Positions 59,839 through 64,000 of a DNA stretch of 64,000 bases are shown piece by piece. Origin of the DNA: a virus (Duplodnaviria; Caudoviricetes); IMG/VR virus record IMGVR_UViG_3300028591_006041, positions 17,708-81,707 of that record, one strand, 5' to 3'. The position numbers were made by a program, and so were the translations under genes. Positions within the stretch are counted from its first letter, which is position 1. Each line of letters opens with the position of its first letter. The notes beneath the pieces were generated by a model. The model did no database searches, was not told the DNA's origin, and worked only from the letters and a program-made list of their open reading frames with translations.

Positions 59839-60377
59839 TAGTGATTATTACAAATATATTTATAATGACTGTGTGATTTATTCATAAATTTCTTCTTAAA
59901 ATCACAGTAATAATTTGAATAATAATCATTAGCATTCTTACCTCTGTTATAGATATTCAAATCTTTGTTTTCTTCAATTAACTCTGATTTTGTCTTAATA
60001 AACTTAATAGGTAAAGACAAAACATAAGCTTCAATTATACAATAAATAAAATCTTCTGTAGCTTCATTATCTTCAACTAACATAATAGTAGGATTAATCA
60101 AAGCATTTTCTGAAGCTATCTCATATCCTGTTTCTTCATCTAAAATTGTATCACCAGGATTTTGTCGTGCAAAACCAATCAATATGGCATATTTATACTT
60201 ATTAATACTTGGATCAAAAACTCTATATTCAAATCCTACGGCAGTTGTTGCACAATCAACACCATATTTGTCATAAAGTCGTCCGTTAATTCTCTCTGAT
60301 TTAATACAACTACGATCCTCATCAATGTTATTCCAATACCATTCATTGATAAGCTCTTTAGTCAACCAATCAATCAT
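59838..60377 (-). CDS. Hypothetical protein
   Basis: 179-aa ORF. Confidence 0.55.
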   Translation of the reverse strand: MIDWLTKELINEWYWNNIDEDRSCIKSERINGRLYDKYGVDCATTAVGFEYRVFDPSINKYKYAILIGFARQNPGDTILDEETGYEIASENALINPTIMLVEDNEATEDFIYCIIEAYVLSLPIKFIKTKSELIEENKDLNIYNRGKNANDYYSNYYCDFKKKFMNKSHSHYKYICNNH

Positions 60378-60492
60378 TAATAAACAAAAATATATTTTTT
60401 AAAAATTATATAATTAATTATAATATAGAAATAGGCAATCAAAATTTCATTAAAATAAACTTATTTTTATATATAAATATAATTTTAAGTAT

Positions 60493-60669
60493 ATGAAAGA
60501 ATTAGATTATTCTACAATAATTAGTGATGTTTCTGAAGTTTGTATTACTGATTGTCCTTATAATAAAGATATAAAAATTGGAAGTGATGAATGTAAAAAT
60601 TGTCAATATTTTCATTCAGATAATTTTTTAGCTAAAAAGATAAAATGCAATAAAAAAGAGGAACTTTAA
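60493..60669 (+). CDS. Small Cys-rich protein (58 aa, not in ORF track)
   Basis: MKELDYS..CITDCPY..IGSDECKNCQYF..KC; has its own AT-rich promoter motif and terminator. Confidence 0.5.
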   Translation: MKELDYSTIISDVSEVCITDCPYNKDIKIGSDECKNCQYFHSDNFLAKKIKCNKKEEL

Positions 60670-60698
60670 AGTTCCTCTTTAACATTTATAATAATTTA

Positions 60699-60965
60699 TT
60701 ATTCATCTTCTGGAGTAGGTTCAGGTTGTTCTACATAAGCCACAAAACAATTATCTAAAATATCTTCTTTATATGCATATAAATCATTTTCATTGCATCT
60801 TTCTTCAAATGTTTCATTATCATCTTCATGACGTAAATCATAATTGAATCCAGATCCATCAAACCATTCAGGTATACCTACTACAACATATTCATAAAAA
60901 CAATTAGAATATTGTCTAGCTTTCCAAACTCTGTCACCTACATTAAATTTTGTTTGTAATGTCAT
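60699..60965 (-). CDS. Hypothetical protein (SH3-like)
   Basis: TKFNVGDRVW.. Confidence 0.55.
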   Translation of the reverse strand: MTLQTKFNVGDRVWKARQYSNCFYEYVVVGIPEWFDGSGFNYDLRHEDDNETFEERCNENDLYAYKEDILDNCFVAYVEQPEPTPEDE

Positions 60966-60987
60966 AACGCGTTATTTTATTATATTT

Positions 60988-61695
60988 TTATTTTATTTTC
61001 AACCCTACTGTAGCATTGATTCCTATAGTTGGTCCAAATTTCTTTCCATTAAAATCATATCCATAACCTACTGAAGGACCAACTGTAATTCCCCATATTG
61101 ATTTTTTAGGTTTAGGTAATTCTATTCCTTGTATATTATTATATTTAATATAAGGATTATTAGACTTTACATAAACTTTATTATTTTCTATAGCTAATGT
61201 ATAATCAAAGAAAACTTTATCTTTATCTATACTTAAGCTTAATGTTGAATCTTTTAATGATACATTTCCTTCTAATTCTCTAAATTCATTATTGAAATTG
61301 AATTCTTTAGTCAAATCTACATTTTCATATAAAGTATCATGCTTTACAATATAAATTGGATCTGAAATTTGCCATACGGTATCTTTTTTGCCATTATCTA
61401 TTTGATTTTCTATATAAACTACTGATTCTGGTTTTTTCAATTTCATTTCCTTAATAACTTTAAATAAACTATCATTAACTAATTTCAAAGTATTCAAATC
61501 ACCTATCAACATTTCTTTAGAAACATAAGTATCACCAGTTTTTGTTGTATAATACTTAATAGTATCTGTCAATGCTATCAAATTTTGATTGTTTTGTTCT
61601 TTATATTGTTGACAACCCTTAACAGTAAATATTGTATTAATACATAAAACTATTATAATCAATATCAATATGATTTGTTGTTTGAATTTATTCAT
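60988..61695 (-). CDS. Membrane-anchored protein, spanin/DUF6549-like
   Basis: N-terminal TM helix, coiled coil, C-terminal WGITVGPSVGYG...IGINATVG. Confidence 0.55.
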   Translation of the reverse strand: MNKFKQQIILILIIIVLCINTIFTVKGCQQYKEQNNQNLIALTDTIKYYTTKTGDTYVSKEMLIGDLNTLKLVNDSLFKVIKEMKLKKPESVVYIENQIDNGKKDTVWQISDPIYIVKHDTLYENVDLTKEFNFNNEFRELEGNVSLKDSTLSLSIDKDKVFFDYTLAIENNKVYVKSNNPYIKYNNIQGIELPKPKKSIWGITVGPSVGYGYDFNGKKFGPTIGINATVGLKIK

Positions 61696-61698
61696 AGT

Positions 61699-62796
61699 TT
61701 ATAATAAGTCATCATCATTTTCATCATCTGATTTATCATCTTTCTTATCATCAGAAGTTCCTAATAAATCATCTTCTTCATTATTGTCTTTATCTTTCTT
61801 TGTGTCTTCATCCTTCTCATCTTTATTGTCTTTGTCTTTATCTTCATCTTCATCCTTCTTATCTTCTTTCTTCTCTTCTTTCTTTTCAGTTTCTTTCATT
61901 GACCATACAGAAGGATTGTTTGTTTCAGAAGCACCTAAGAAATCCAATATAGTATGAATTAACTTATCTACTTCATCAGGTAATTTTACGATAGAGTCTT
62001 TATCAAAATCTTGTACCCAAATACCATCTTCGCCATCATTATAAATATTTATCAATGAACGAGTATATTCTGATGTCTTATTTCCTGGACGTTTCTTTGT
62101 ATATTTCCATCTTAATGCAATTGATTCATCACCATCTTTAGATTTTACACCTGCAAAATAATATTCGCGTGGTAATTCTAATTGTTGAGTAACTAACAAT
62201 TCAAATTGCTTAGCTGCTTTAACTTTATCTTTAGAATTAATCAATTCAATTATTTTCTTTCTAGTCAAATCTTCCATTTCCTCATCATCGTCAGATTCTA
62301 ATACTATTTCTAAATTATCTAAATTTTCTAATGTCAACATTTCTGTTTCATCAATATTGTATTGTAACATTTCTGTACATGGAAGATTAGCTGGTTCTGG
62401 TTCTTTACCAGGTTTAGCACCTTTAATGTCTGAAGGGCTGAAATAAACTACAAAGTATTGACCAACACTTACTAATTTTATTTTATCTAATCCTTGACTT
62501 GTTATTTGTTGAGCTAAACAAGTATTTCTCATTACTGTGTAGTCATAAAGTATTCTATTAACTTCTTCTTTTGATACAAATTTTGATGAATTCAATTTTA
62601 CTGAATATCCATCTTCCGCAACAGAAGCAACTATTCCTGTGACAGGTGAAAATATGTTACGAATTTGAGTAACAATATTTCCTACTGGTGTCAAATGATT
62701 TGTAACACCTGTACTTGGATAGCTATTTCCAGGATTTACATCAGCTGTTGTGCAATTTTCCTTTATTATTTTATTATAATTGCTGAATTTTTTCAT
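61699..62796 (-). CDS. Hypothetical late protein with acidic low-complexity tail
   Basis: Exact class B motif at 62817-62829; MKKFSNYNKIIKE start; D/K/E-rich C-terminus. Confidence 0.6.
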   Translation of the reverse strand: MKKFSNYNKIIKENCTTADVNPGNSYPSTGVTNHLTPVGNIVTQIRNIFSPVTGIVASVAEDGYSVKLNSSKFVSKEEVNRILYDYTVMRNTCLAQQITSQGLDKIKLVSVGQYFVVYFSPSDIKGAKPGKEPEPANLPCTEMLQYNIDETEMLTLENLDNLEIVLESDDDEEMEDLTRKKIIELINSKDKVKAAKQFELLVTQQLELPREYYFAGVKSKDGDESIALRWKYTKKRPGNKTSEYTRSLINIYNDGEDGIWVQDFDKDSIVKLPDEVDKLIHTILDFLGASETNNPSVWSMKETEKKEEKKEDKKDEDEDKDKDNKDEKDEDTKKDKDNNEEDDLLGTSDDKKDDKSDDENDDDLL

Positions 62797-62832
62797 TACG
62801 TAAATTTATATATACTTTTATTAAAAATAATA

Positions 62833-63975
62833 TTATTCTTTATCATATATGCTCATATCAACTTCTTTAGTTTTTAAGTTGTTTTTTGTAATATATACGT
62901 TCAATAGTCTTTCTCCCAAAAATCCATAAATTCTTGCAAAGTTATTTCTCATTTCCTCATATTTGTCTTTAGGCATATCACTAAGTTTAGTTCCTTCAAA
63001 TTTAAATTCTGAAGAATTATTATTTATATAATCATATACATCTTCTACAGAATTAAACTTGAAATATTGTCCAAATTTGTCAAATATATCAAAAACAAAC
63101 TTACAATAATCTAAAAATATATCTTTTCTTGTAATGAATATTGAATTTGAATATAATTTATTATCATTAAAGAAATCACAATAAATTTGTAAATAATCAG
63201 GATAATATTTTTTGATTATTGCACCTACAACCATTAAGAATTCTTTATTAAAATTCTGAGTATATTGTTTATAATTAGAAATTCCAAATGTATATTTTTT
63301 AGGAAGTATCATATCAATATTACTGTTTTCTAAATTTTCTAAATCTTCATCTGATACATTTAAAAATCTTCTATAATGACATATACCAATAAAATTAGGA
63401 ATATCAATATTTTTCCATATTTCATAAAAATGATAGTATTCTGAGTATAATAACTTTATATCATTTAAATCATTATTACAATCACTATAATTCAATACTT
63501 TATAATAATCTTTATTAGGTATATTAGACATATTTAAATTTTTATAAGCACAAACATATATATTCAAATCATTTTCATTTACCAAAATTTGACAATATTC
63601 TAATGTATTGTTTTTTTGTAATATATATTTACCTCTTATAAATATTTGTTTTTCTAAATCATATGCTAATAGATTAAAATTATTTCCTATTCTTAAATTT
63701 TCTAAACTATCATATATAGAATCAATTTCATAACATCTTCCTAATTCTATATATCTATTAAAATCATCTTGTAAATTTTTTTCTAAATCATTTGATTTAA
63801 TTATTCTATAACTTATGAAAACTATTCCTTCACATAATTCTTTATTTACTGTATGAATTGCTTGAGGATGATATGAAAAATGTCCTTCATTTGAATAATA
63901 CCTAAAAGGAACAGAATGTATTCTTAGATTTTCAATATTCTTAAATATATTTTGATATACTTCATCATCATACAT
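62833..63975 (-). CDS. DUF4422-like glycosyltransferase domain protein
   Basis: YSEY..IWKN..FIGICHYRRFL..NSIFITRKDIFLDYCKFVF..RIYGFLGERL. Confidence 0.75.
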   Translation of the reverse strand: MYDDEVYQNIFKNIENLRIHSVPFRYYSNEGHFSYHPQAIHTVNKELCEGIVFISYRIIKSNDLEKNLQDDFNRYIELGRCYEIDSIYDSLENLRIGNNFNLLAYDLEKQIFIRGKYILQKNNTLEYCQILVNENDLNIYVCAYKNLNMSNIPNKDYYKVLNYSDCNNDLNDIKLLYSEYYHFYEIWKNIDIPNFIGICHYRRFLNVSDEDLENLENSNIDMILPKKYTFGISNYKQYTQNFNKEFLMVVGAIIKKYYPDYLQIYCDFFNDNKLYSNSIFITRKDIFLDYCKFVFDIFDKFGQYFKFNSVEDVYDYINNNSSEFKFEGTKLSDMPKDKYEEMRNNFARIYGFLGERLLNVYITKNNLKTKEVDMSIYDKE

Positions 63976-64000
63976 ATGTTCATTATTTGGATATATATTG

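Noticed and set aside
1-64000. TAG-to-Gln recoding as in some Lak/crAss phages
   Set aside because: Long genes are intact under code 11. The TAG stops seen (6537, 27050) fall at plausible gene ends, one followed by a hairpin. A whole-genome coding-density test would be needed to settle it.
1-64000. tRNA genes
   Set aside because: No cloverleaf or GTTCGA T-loop found in the intergenic gaps inspected

Overview
Very AT-rich, gene-dense segment of a large tailed dsDNA (jumbo/mega, T4-like myovirus) phage genome that reads cleanly in the standard genetic code. Virion genes include a gp13-like neck protein, a 1710-aa baseplate-like protein, a 2848-aa tape-measure-like protein, a tail-tube-like protein and a tail fibre. 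Replication and nucleotide genes include a primase-helicase, a DinG-like helicase, RuvC, dUTPase, IMPDH/GMPR and an NDK-ferritin fusion. RNA and translation genes include Ro60/TROVE, an RNA ligase, IF-1, a tandem RimK and KTSC. There are also four glycosyltransferases and three BspA-type LRR proteins. BspA, a DUF6549-like protein, the tail-fibre motifs and the lack of Shine-Dalgarno sites suggest a Bacteroidota (Prevotella-like) host; this is inference. Five observations stand out. (1) Ten unrelated proteins share a 20-aa N-terminal leader (M-K/R-N-L-N-x-F-I-x-E|R-L-K-L-N-K-D-T-K-I) resembling the T4 capsid-targeting sequence, and two more carry its first half. (2) A separately promoted and terminated 101-bp tandem array encodes M(V/L)IRNKSDP micro-peptides. 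(3) A Y-RNA-like stem lies in the same region as Ro60 and the RNA ligase. (4) A promoter core is bracketed by 23-bp perfect inverted repeats. (5) Two promoter classes recur across the window. No tRNA, rRNA, CRISPR-Cas locus or transposase was recognised. All family assignments come from recalled motifs, not database searches.
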